Positions 51,915 through 64,000 of a stretch of DNA of 64,000 nucleotides are shown piece after piece (positions within the stretch are counted from its first letter, which is position 1; each line of letters opens with the position of its first letter). The position numbers and the translations under genes were made by a program. Origin of the DNA: Neocallimastix sp. 'constans' (Eukaryota); the NCBI GenBank assembly GCA_050613775.1, contig JBODTK010000146.1, forward strand, positions 248,001-312,000, given 5' to 3'. The notes under the pieces are model-generated. The model did no database searches. It was not told the origin of the DNA and was given only the letters and a program-made list of their open reading frames with translations.

Positions 51915-52464
51915 TTATTATAATTGTTTAAAATTATTCCTATTACATATTAAATTATTCTTCAGAAATTATAATTACCGAAGAAACCTAAATTGTGAGT
52001 ATTAAAAATTAATATATTATAATATATAATATTTAAGCACTTCAATATATCATTTAATTTTAAATATTTATTATATATATATATATATATTTTAATTAAA
52101 ATGTATATTTTTATTTTCTTAGAGAATATAATGAAAATAAAGTTTTTTTTTTTTTTTTTTTCTAAAAAAAAATAATTAATAAAATTCAAATACAATTATT
52201 ATAATTAAAAAATTCAAAAATTTTATAATAATGAGACAATTTATTAAAAAAAAAAAATAATAATAAAACATTAAACATTTGTAAAGTCTTTTTATAAATG
52301 TTTGAGGCTATTTGTAATTATTTATTTTTCATAGAAAAACCATGTCTTCATTTATGAGCTATTAAACAATAATATTTAATAATTTATTAATAAATAAAAA
52401 AAAAAAAAAAAAAAGAACCAAATAAAAAATTTTGAATAACATAATGATTATTTAATTACTTTTA

Positions 52465-52550
52465 ATAGTATTGCGATGAACAGAAAGTGGTGTTGACACA
52501 ATGTGATTTCTGCTCAGTACTCTAAATATTAGAGGGAAAGAACTATCAAG
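52465..52550 (+). pseudogene. Degenerate ~85-bp fragment of 25S/28S rRNA (domain IV)
   Basis: atagtattgcgatgaacagaaagtggtgttgacacaatgtgatttctgctcagtactct matches the conserved fungal LSU sequence ATAGCATTGCGATGGTCAGAAAGTGATGTTGACGCAATGTGATTTCTGCCCAGTGCTCT with scattered substitutions. Confidence 0.85.
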
Positions 52551-53274
52551 AAAAATGAAAATAAAAATATTTAAAATTAGTTTAATAGTGTTAAGTTTAA
52601 CCCTGAGTGGTTCAATTCATTGCCATTGCTCTAACCATTATGTCAGAATTTCCATTTCAAAAAATTATAAAACTTCATTATAATAACACTAAATCTGAGT
52701 ATCGTTAAGTGGAGGTTTTCTTTGTTTAGGCTAAAATTTTCATAAATGTACAGGAATTTAAATGTATAGAAGAGCCATCATCTATTCTGTTGTTTGCACT
52801 GATGTGACTCTTAATCTATTTATTTAAACACATACAAACTGTCAATAAAAATAATTTTATGTTTTAATACTTTATTTATTTGCTATGTAGTTTTATTATA
52901 AGAAGGCTTATTTATTTAATATATAATATTACATGTTAGTTTTATATTATTATTCTATTACATGTTTTAATATTATTGTTAGTACGAATGTTATACTATT
53001 TAATTTATATTAATGTATATAATAATTATGTAGTATAATGTAAAATGTATAACCTATATCTAGATTATTTACCAATTATATATATTTAATAAATATAAAA
53101 ATTTAAATAAAATATCTATATAATATTTTTTTTTTTTTTTTTAAATTTTTATGAAAGGTATCTAATTATTATTGCTATTATTATTATCATTATTTTTTTT
53201 TTTTTAAAAAAAAAATATTATAATTTATTGTTTTAATAAGTAATTTAAACAAATAATATTAATTTATCTCATAT

Positions 53275-53692
53275 TTAAACTTTAATTGGTGCTTCTGGAA
53301 GTCCATATTCATCTAATTTAACATCATTCTCCTATTATAATTAAAAAATTATAAATGTTAATTTAAAAAAATAAGAATTATTTTTTATTTTAAAAAAATA
53401 TGTAATAAATTTTATAAATTTTAATATTATATTAGTCATACATCATTCTTTAATGGTTGAGATCCAGCTTCCGGAAGTGAAATATTTGGTTCTTCGAGAT
53501 AAGCTGGCATTTCTTCTTCTTCTAAGTAATCATCATTTAAGGCTTCTAATTCTATTTTTTTTTTAAAAAAAAAAAAATAAAAAAAAAAAAAAAAAAAAAA
53601 ATAAAACAAATTAAAAATAAATTATTTCAATTATACAAGAAATATTTATATAAGTCTATTATATATAAGACTTTCAAATTATAAACCGATTT

Positions 53693-53740
<48 letters not shown>

Positions 53741-54784
53741 ATAAGCTTATTATTGAAAATTAAAAAATTACCAGCTTCAAGGTCCGCTTCATCAATATCT
53801 TCTGGTAAATTGTAAGAACGACCCAAAGCTTCTTGAATTTCGTTGGCCTGATCGAGAAGATCTTCCATTTCATCTTGCATAGCCTATTTAACAATAGAAC
53901 AACAATGAAAAAAAAAAAAATTTTTTTTTCATGTTTAGTTTACTACTAATTTCTTTTATATTTATATATATATGTTAATTTTTAATTATTTATTAGTTTA
54001 TCACTTACTTCGATTTTATCAATGTTAACTTTCTTATATTGTTTTTTAAGTTGTTTGTTTGCTTGTTTCATAGCATTAACAGTAGTAACAGTATTTCTTA
54101 AATTCTCGGTAGCAAATGAAGTTTGTTCCATATTGAAAGATTGTTGCATTAACTGATCTCTTTGCTGTTCATACCTTTTATTAATAATACGAAAAAAAAA
54201 AATATAAATATATATAAATATCAATTTATTATTTAATTATAAAATTTTCATATTTAATTTACTGAATGAATAATAAATAAATGTTATTATATATATTATA
54301 TAAATATTTCATACATTTTTTTTTGTTTTAAGACTCTCATAGCTTTTTGTTTAACTGAATTCTAATTATTATTATCATTATTGAAATAAATATTCAGATT
54401 TTTGGTATTATTTATTATTATTAGCCAAGTTAAAATTATTGTAAATATTATTATATTCTATTCTTAATATAAATTTATATTATTAATTGATTAAATTATT
54501 TACTTTAGCCGGTCCGTCTCTCATTCTACTCATTTGATCCTTATATTTTGATAATTCTGCATCTAAACGACGAATTTTAACTTCAACAGAATCAACTCTT
54601 CCATCGGTCTTTAAATATTATAGTTATAAAGTTTATTTTAATTAATTAAATATGCGTTTATTTATATTATATTATTCATTTTATATAGATAATTTATTAT
54701 ATATATTATTAATTTTTATAAATGTTTTGTATTATTAGGAATAATTATTTTATTACAAAAAAGACAAGAAAAATATAAAAAATA

Positions 54785-54857
<73 letters not shown>

Positions 54858-55091
54858 TTATTTAAAGTTAGTTTTCATATTATTTATGTTTATATTTTTA
54901 TACTATATTTTTTAATACTATGATTTTTATTATTTTTTATGTATTATTTTATTTATTTATTTATTTATTTTTTAATTTTTTATTTTTTATTCTTTATTTT
55001 TTATTTTTTTTTATGGATTGTATTTTATTACGTTAGATATAGCATCTTCTAAAGTTGGTGCAGGCTTTTTACTTCCAAATATACGTTTCAT
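53275..55091 (-). CDS. VPS60: Vps60/CHMP5 ESCRT-III (Snf7 family); exons 55032-55091, 54504-54608, 54315-54361, 54009-54174, 53772-53883, 53442-53551, 53275-53331; 218 aa
   Basis: [78 protein letters not shown]. All joins are GT-AG and in frame. Confidence 0.95.
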
Positions 55092-55966
55092 TTTTATTAT
55101 ATGTATGATATTTATTGTTTTTTTTTTTTTGATTCAGAGTATAATTATATATAAATATTTTATTATTTTTTATCTTGTTTTTTGTATTATTACTATATTT
55201 ATTTATAAATTTATTTCTTTGTTTTTAAATTATTTATTTATTTATAATATATTATTAATTTATTTATTAAAATCTGAATAATTAGTTTTATATAAAAATA
55301 TAAAAAAATATCAATTTTTTACTGTTATAAAAAAAAAATTATCTACGAAACAAAAACGAAATTTTTTTAAGTATTTATACTAATTAAAAAACTTTATTGA
55401 ATGTCTTTTATTTTATTTATTCTTATTTTTTAGTTCTTTTTTTTAAATTATTTTTAATATAGATTTTTCTTTTACAATAATTTTTGATTAACCTTAAAAA
55501 AATTAAATTAAATAATTATTTTGTTATATATTATTATTATATTAATAATATATTATAATTATAATAATATATTTAGCTTTCATCTTTTCATTATTAAAAA
55601 AGAAAAAAAATTCCATATTTTAAATTATTTAAAATTATTTAGTAATAAAGATAAATGTGATTGCCAATTTTTTTTTTCCTAAGAAATTTCCAATATAAAT
55701 TTAAATAATAGTAATTAGAAAAATTTTATTATATTGATGGCAGATAATATTATTAATAATTATATATTAATAATATAATTTTTTTTTTTGTTTATTAACT
55801 TTTATTATTTTACGATTTGAAATTTTTAGCCATTCCAAAATATTATTAAAAAAACTTTTCTAATTTGTGGATTAATGGATTAATTATAAATGAATAACAT
55901 ATTTATAATTATGATTATATAATATTAATATTATTTTTTTTAGTGTAACAAAATATAAAATATAAT

Positions 55967-56640
55967 TAAAATAAAATAAAATAAAATAAAATAAAATAAA
56001 ATAAAATAAAATAAAATAAAATAAAATAAAATAAAATAAAATAAAATAAAATAAAATAAAATAAAATAAAATAAAATAAAATAAAATAAAATAAAATAAA
56101 ATAAAATAAAATAAAATAAAATAAAATAAAATAATTATTTGAAATATAAAGTACAGATTGAATAAAATAAAATAAAATAAAATAAAATAAAATAAAATAA
56201 AATAAAATAAAATAAAATAAAATAAAATAAAATAAAATAAAATAAAATAAAATAAAATAAAATAAAATAATTATTTGAAATATAAAGTACAGATTGAATA
56301 AAATAAAATAAAATAAAATAAAATAAAATAAAATAAAATAAAATAAAATAAAATAAAATAAAATAAAATAAAATAAAAATAAAATAAAATAAAAAAAAAA
56401 AATAAAATAAAATAATAGTAAAGTAATATAAAATAAAATAAAATAAAATAATTAGTATAAAATAGTAAAGTATTAATAAAAATAAAATAAAATAAAATAA
56501 AATAAAATAAAAATAAAATAAAATAAAAAAAAAAAAAATAAAATAAAATAATAGTAAAGTAATATAAAATAAAATAAAATAAAATAATTAGTATAAAATA
56601 GTAAAGTATTAATAAAAATAAAATAAAATAAAAATAATAT
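55967..56640. repeat. (AAAAT)n satellite with two higher-order internal duplications
   Basis: ttatttgaaatataaagtacagattgaat occurs at ~56135 and ~56271; a ~120-bp block containing atagtaaagtaatat...ttagtataaaatagtaaagtatt is duplicated at ~56400-56630. Confidence 0.92.
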
Positions 56641-56781
56641 ATAATAAATTTGTATAATAATAACAACAATAATAATAATTATAATAATTTTTTTTAATAG
56701 TAATAATAACAATATTAATTATAGTAATTATAATAATATTAAATCAATTTATGATATTATTTTTAATTTTTTTATTTATTT

Positions 56782-56824
<43 letters not shown>

Positions 56825-57061
56825 CAATTATGATTTTTACTGCTTTATTGATTTATTTATTTATTTTTTTTATTTAAAAAAAAAAAAAATAAATAAAATA
56901 AAATAAAAAATAAATATTGAAATAACAATGTAATAAAAATATTAATTGAACTATTATATATATTTGATAATTAATAGATATCATTTTGAAATCTTTTAAT
57001 AGATTTAATATTTAATTTATTTCATTCTTATATATTTTATATATTATGAATTTAAAGAATT

Positions 57062-58783
57062 TTATTGAACAAATGATTGCATTTTTAATTGAATATCATT
57101 AGGTACTTTACTTAAAGCAAGGGCAAACTATTCATGTAAACAAAATATATAAATAAATATTTATTAATAATAATTTTTATTATCTATTTTAATATATATA
57201 CATATTAAATGCATAAAATATTACCTCATTTGGTTTACGTTGCTGTAATAGTAACACTTTTTGAGTAAAATATTGTTTAGTGTTAGTAATATTTGGATGG
57301 AAATCGACCTTTTCACTAGATTCACTTAAACTAGATAAACGACTATAAGTAGTCTGATAACCTGCTTCTCCTATTTCAATGCTATAATCATCAATATCAT
57401 AAACATTCTTTTCTGTTTGAGCTTGTGGAATATCTAATAAAATAACAATTTGAGAAATTAACTTTGGTCTATATTCATATATAAACATAAGTAAACCATT
57501 AGTAAATAAATTTATTATATATATATAAAATAAACGGATAAATAATAATTAAATATGTATATTATTTAATATGTTACAACAGTAATATAATAATAATAAT
57601 AATAATGATAGTAATAATAAAATAATAATAATAAAAACTTATTTAAAACTTACAATAATTCTATATATGGCTCAATCATCATATTATCATTTTCTGTTAA
57701 TAAATTAGTCATTCCAATTTCGCAAAGTTTCCTATCACGTGGAGATAAGATTTCTGTTATTTCTGGAATTATAATACTATCTAACAAATTATGTAATAAT
57801 CTTTATAAAATATATACAGAGATAAATAAAAATTTTAGTCCAGTTCATAAATAGATATTATAAAGAATTAGAAATTATATTCATAATATATTTAAAATTT
57901 ACTTTGGTTGAATAGAATCGAACATTTCAAAAATGAAAGATGGAGATAATCCTTCAATTGGAACACTAATTAAAAAGTTTATAAATATAACAAATGATCT
58001 TGTATATTTTGCAGTACGAAGGGTTTGTAAACGAGTAAGAAGAAGTAAAAAGATATTAACAAGATATGGTTGTAATGATTTCCTATTTTTAATATATATA
58101 TATATATATATAATAATGATAATCAAAAATAAATTAAAATTAAAAATAATAATTAAATTATTAATTTATACTTTTTATGAAATTGTTCTAACAAAATATA
58201 AAATACATGAATTTGATTATTTACATTGGAATGTAAAGAAATATATTAGTTAAGAGTTCAAAACCATATTGATCATTTAATTTAGATGCAATTAAATTTT
58301 GGAATACACCGAGGAAGTTTGAAACTTGGTTGTTAGCAATAATATTAGCGGAGCCTTTTTCTAAGTAAGTTTTTAAAAGTCTAACAATTGCAGGAATATT
58401 ACCTTTATTTTTATTAATAAAATAATTTATATGTATATAACATAAATAAGTAAATTTATATTATTTAAAGTATTATATTTATACAATTTATTAATAAATT
58501 TTTTATAATATAAATATTTATTGATAAATTTTTAAAAAGATTTTAAACATACCACGATTCTCCCAAAGTTCGGAAGGTTTTAATAATGTTGGTAACATAT
58601 TTTGATAAGCTTCTGGGACAGTATTATTACTATGGAATTTCAACATTTCACCAAGAATTTGGAAAACATATGGTAAAAATTCTGAAATATCTCTTCTAAT
58701 AATTTCTTGGAAATGTGGGAATAAGAACTGTTCAAACTGTTGAACTTCAGCTGGATTATTTGTACATGTAAATCTTTGATTTA

Positions 58784-58876
<93 letters not shown>

Positions 58877-61758
58877 ATATTATTATCATTATTTTTATTA
58901 ATTACTATTATCTATTATTGTTATTATAACTATTATTATTTTGAATTATATATTTCATTGAATAATATACCTAATTAAAGCACCCATGGATTCAAATGCA
59001 AAGTGATTGAACTTTGGATTACTTGGATTTACACTTATAGTTCCAATAATATTAGTTAACTTCGATAATATTTCATTAATAAATGGAACAATATCATTAT
59101 GACTGGTAATAATAACTCTTGTAATTGCTTTTTATTATAATGATTAATAAAAATTTAAAAAGTAAAATTATATATATATATAATTTATATATATGTATGT
59201 GTTAAAATAAATAAATAAATAATATATTGTTATTATATATATTATTACTCTCATCAATATTATTATAGTTATAATTATTAATATTTTTTTTAAAAATAAT
59301 AAAAATTTTTTACTTTTCATAATATAATCATTTTCAGATAATTTTGCTGAATTTTGACTATTTTTTTCTAATAAACCAAATAAACTGATTAATAAAGGTT
59401 GTACGAATTCGCGAATATCATCTTGACCATATCTATTAAAAATATATTAAATTAATATAAATCAATAATACATATAATAAATTATTAATAAGTATTTATA
59501 TTTATAATTACAATAATTTAGCTCCTTGTTTAATGGATAAAATATTTGTAATACAAATAGCAGAATATGTATAAACTAAGTAATTATCTGATGATAAATG
59601 ATTAACAATAATTGGGAATATTTCTTTAAATCTATCTTTAGATTGTAAAAACTAAAAAATTAAGTGAAAATAAAAATATAAATATATATATATAAAACAA
59701 AATAAAACAAAATAAATAAATAAATAATTTAAATTTAATAAAAATATATATTAAAATAATAAAATTCTAAATCATATATTAAAAAATCTTACTTGATTCC
59801 TAAAAGTTAATAAATATTTTAAAGCATCAACTTTAATGATTGGATGAACACTTCCATTAACTGGAGCTCTTAAGTCAGGTAAAATATTTTCATTAAAGAC
59901 ATTCATAATTGGAATATATTCATTGACTTTAGTAGCACCAAACTTATAAAATTTTAGTTAATTATATTATTATAAATATTAATTTTATAAAATAATATTT
60001 CAAATAAATATATAAATAATTTATTATTTACTTGTGAAGCCAAATTTTTAGCTGATAATGAAATGATTAAGTATAAAGCAGTATCTTTTGCTTTCCAATT
60101 AAGTTCTGGGTTAGAGTTATAATTCTATATACATATATATATTTATAAACATTTATATTTACATAAATATATATATAATTTTTTATTAGAAATATTAAAT
60201 CTCACATAAAGTATTTAATAAAACTAAATAATTAACATTAATTTTTAATAAATTATTAATACTTGAAGACACATAGTAACATAGTTTGAGAAAATTTCTG
60301 TAACTTCTTTTTCAAAATGTTCTAATAAACCACGAATTAAATCAGAAGAAGCTCTTCTTCTAGTTTCAGAATCTAATAATAATTAAAATTATTATTAATT
60401 ATATTTTTTTAATTATAATTTTTTTAAATATATATATACCAGATCCTTCTAAATCTCTTCTAATATATTCAATTGGTTCATCTTCGAAAAGCTCTTCATC
60501 AGATTCTATTAGTAAATTTCATAAAAATTTATAATTAATAATTTTTTACCAAAATTTTAAATATTCATATATATATATTTAGCAACATACCTCTTAAAGT
60601 CATATTTGGTAAAATGATCTTTTCACATATATTCTTTAAAATTTCTGGGTTTTGGAATAATTCTTTATGTCTAACCGGTTTTACTACAGAAGATAAGAAA
60701 CCAATAGCTTTACTAACCAACTAATTTTTGTAAAATTATATTTAAATTAATTTTTCTTATGTATAGAAAATGAAAATAAAATTTCTAATATAGTAAAAAA
60801 TCTTACTAAGTCATATTTTGGTTCTAAACCATAGTGTGTTAATAATTCCCATATAGTTTGAACAAATTCTGGTAATTTTGGGAAAACTTCTTCATAACGT
60901 TTAGCATATAAATCAATAATTTCACATATTGATGCTTTTGTTTTCTCTATGATTCCTGTCTCTTCTTCATCCTTTTATATAAAAAAACATTTATATAAAT
61001 TAAATAAATTTTTTTATTTAACTACTATAAAAAAAAAAAAATTAAATTATTAATATTATTTATATTACTTCAGTTTCTAAAAGAGGATTGAAATAAACTA
61101 AATATTTATGAAGTAATGTCATAAATTCTTCTTGATGATCTTCGAAAAATTCTGGTATATCTTGACAATTTAAACTATAAAATATTTTTGTAATGGTAAA
61201 CAAAGCTTGAAATAAAATTTCTAAAGCTTCTTTATTGTTATTATTAGCATCAATTAATGTATCTGTTGCCTGTAATTTTATTTAAATTGTTTAATTAAAA
61301 CAATTTTTTTTAAAAAATATATTTTAATATTATTAATTTAAATATTTTAATCATAATAACTTGTTATTAATATTAATTATTACAGTATTTTATTATATAC
61401 CTTAAAGAATTCTAAATATGGTTGTGAGAAATGTTCTAATACAAGTTTAATTTCAGAGAAAAGTTCATTTGAACGAAATTGAGATCTCCATCTATATATT
61501 ATTAAAATTATTTTTTATTAACATTTTATTATTCATTAATAAAATATATATTTTCTAATGCAGAAATTTGTATATACATATATATCTATATATATATAAA
61601 TTATTTTACCTTTTAAATATTAAATGTGCTGTTTCTAAAATACCATTATTTTTTCTATAATCATCACATAAATTAACAACTAATTCCTATAATTCAAAAA
61701 ATAATTATTATTGTTATTATTATATTATTATTATTACTATTATTATTTTATTTTTCCT

Positions 61759-61797
<39 letters not shown>

Positions 61798-62271
61798 AAA
61801 TTCTTACTATTTACTTTGTATATAAATTTATTTAAAATATTAAAAACTTAAATATACCTGAATTAGAGTTGGCCATTTTTGTGGAAAATCATTATCAGCA
61901 ATAATTAAAATGGCCTCATTTAATTGACGTTGAAGTTTAACGGGAACATTGATCATAAGATTTATTATACCCTCCTTGATTTTTACACGATCAGTCTCTG
62001 GTAAATAATCTGGTTCACCTTCGATCTTTTTATTTAATATAAATTTTATTATAAAAAAAAATAAATATTATGTTCTTATTATCTTTATTATTGTTAGTAT
62101 CTTTATATTACTTGTGGCCAACGTTTTTTCATAAAATTCTTAAAGTAAATAGCTGCAGAAAAACGTGTTGGTTCAGGTATTGATTCATCAGCAATAATTT
62201 CTAGTACTAAAATTGAGAAATTTTGACATTTCTCCATTGCTAATAGAGATTTTTCAACTTCTTTCAATTCA

Positions 62272-62318
<47 letters not shown>

Positions 62319-62731
62319 ATTATAACATTAATATTTTAATATTAGTAAAATTTATTAATATAAAATGAAATTATAAAATTAATAAAATGTAAAAATAAAT
62401 TAATATATAATTTTCTTTTTTCTTTTTAAATAAATTTTAATTCAATTAATCTTATATATTATTTTACTTATTTTTTCTTGAAATTTGTTATAATTTCATT
62501 ATCAAAATTTTTAACTATTACTATTATTATCATACTTATAATTATATTTAAATAATAAGAAAATTTCATTTATACACATCTTTAATCAAATACTAAATAT
62601 TTTAACTTTTAAAATATTATAGTTATTGTATCAAATATAAATCGAATCTATTATATGTATATATATACATTAAAAATAATTTGTAACAATTACTTTTTTT
62701 ATGCTTTTTGAGTTATTTTAATCTTTTTTTT

Positions 62732-62778
<47 letters not shown>

Positions 62779-62912
62779 TCATTTAGATTACAGATAAATT
62801 TTGCTTAAATATATTTTTAATAAATATAAAATATAAATTAATTTATACCTTTATTAAAACAAGAAACTTCTTTTGTAAATAAGTCAATTAAAGTAGCTTT
62901 ATCAGAATTCAT
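57062..62912 (-). CDS. CSE1: Exportin-2 / Cse1 (importin-alpha re-exporter); 21 exons, 975 aa. Exons: 62849-62912, 62112-62272, 61858-62025, 61610-61686, 61401-61491, 61069-61269, 60807-60971, 60591-60720, 60440-60505, 60263-60372, 60032-60124, 59793-59942, 59512-59651, 59314-59432, 58971-59127, 58553-58773, 58225-58402, 57903-58082, 57654-57800, 57225-57468, 57062-57127
   Basis: Conserved Cse1 segments AAIYFKNFMKKRW, DFPQKWPTL, RSNELFSEIKLVL, CQDIPEFFEDH, EELFEDEPIEYIRRDLEGSDSETRRRA, NPSNPKFNH, EFLPYVFQIL, LWENRGNIPAIVRLL. The hand-assembled exons sum to 2928 nt in one frame. Confidence 0.93.
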
Positions 62913-63932
62913 TTCGAATAATTTATATGAATAATGTCAGAGATTAAATATTTTTATAAAATGTATAATAAAATTTTAATATTACAAATAATTGTAAAAA
63001 TAAATTAGTTTTGAATATATATATAATATTAAAGAATTTCTTTCGTTTTTTTTTTTTTTTATTTTATTTTTATTGATAAATTTTATAATGTTTTATAAAT
63101 TTATAAATTTGTTTTTTGATTGTTAAAAAAAAAAAAAACTATAATTATTGAAAAAAGAAATAAATTAAGGTTTTTTTTTTTTTTAAAAAAAAAAAAAAAT
63201 AAAAAAAGTAAATTATTTTTTAAATTAATAAAAAAAAAAAAAAATTAATGATGTATGATCCTTCAATAAAAAATTTATTGGTTAAAAAATTAACTTTATA
63301 CTATATAATATTAAAAAAAAAATAAATATATATAATATAATCGCTTAATGTTAATCATTTTATATATTTATAAAACCGAAAATTGATCCCATACAACACT
63401 TTAAAAATACTTGCAATAATATGAAAGTAATATAATATTAATTATTATTATAATTATAACTAGTATTATTTAAACTATAATAATTAATAATTATTGGTTA
63501 AAGTAACATTTATTATCATTTAATTTTTTAATTTATATCAAAAACTATTAAATAACTATTACTATCATCAATAATGCATAATAAAATATTCAAATTATTT
63601 TATTATCTTATTTTTATAAAGGTATTTTCATTTAATATTTATAAATTAATGATAAATATTAAATAATATAACATATATGATTTGATATACTAATCATACT
63701 TTTATTAAAGTTTTTATAATAGTATTTTTTTTTTTTTTTTTTTTATTTTCCTGAATGATTTAAAAAAGCTTTAATATTTATTTAATTAGTAATACTTATC
63801 CTATTAATTTATTTATATTTATTAAAATTTTATATAGAAATTAAATTTGTCTTTAATTTGAACAATTAACTGATAAAATATTAAAAATATATATATTTAG
63901 TATAATTTAGTATAATTTAGTATAATTTTTAA

Positions 63933-63969
<37 letters not shown>

Positions 63970-64000
63970 ATATATCGTTTAAACATAAAATAAATAAAGA

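Noticed and set aside
52590..52655. tRNA-like sequence on the minus strand (TGGTTAGAGC ... GGGTTAAAC)
   Set aside because: No cloverleaf or intact T-loop; at most a decayed remnant.
56271..56712. Hydrophobic F/Y/I/L ORFs
   Set aside because: Translations of the AAAAT satellite.
58172..58224. Extension of CSE1 exon 17 to a GT donor at 58171
   Set aside because: It includes an in-frame TAA; the donor at 58224 keeps the frame.

Overview
Extremely AT-rich eukaryotic DNA with short GT-AG introns. The pyruvate formate-lyase genes, the subtilisin-prodomain-like ORF and the base composition point to an anaerobic gut fungus (Neocallimastigomycota); this is inference. The left half holds three pyruvate formate-lyase (PFL) paralogs: one cut by the window edge and two complete, each apparently with a 7-nt first coding exon and no hydrogenosomal presequence. 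A long-TIR MITE-like element lies between PFL1 and PFL2. An intact, very young Ty1/copia LTR retrotransposon (8836-15331) lies between PFL2 and PFL3. It has identical-looking 330-bp LTRs ending TG...TA, a primer-binding site complementary to the anticodon arm of tRNA-Lys(CUU) (half-tRNA priming), and a candidate -1 frameshift signal (A_AAU_UUU plus a pseudoknot) joining gag and pol. Three LINEs follow (24398-34427); one possibly full-length copy is nested inside an older degenerate copy with a 12-bp TSD. The right half has microsatellite arrays, a small secreted subtilisin-prodomain-like ORF, a degenerate 28S rRNA fragment, and three intron-containing minus-strand genes: BRO1 (4 exons), VPS60 (7 exons) and CSE1 (21 exons). 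Exon boundaries were read by hand and checked for frame continuity, not against transcripts.
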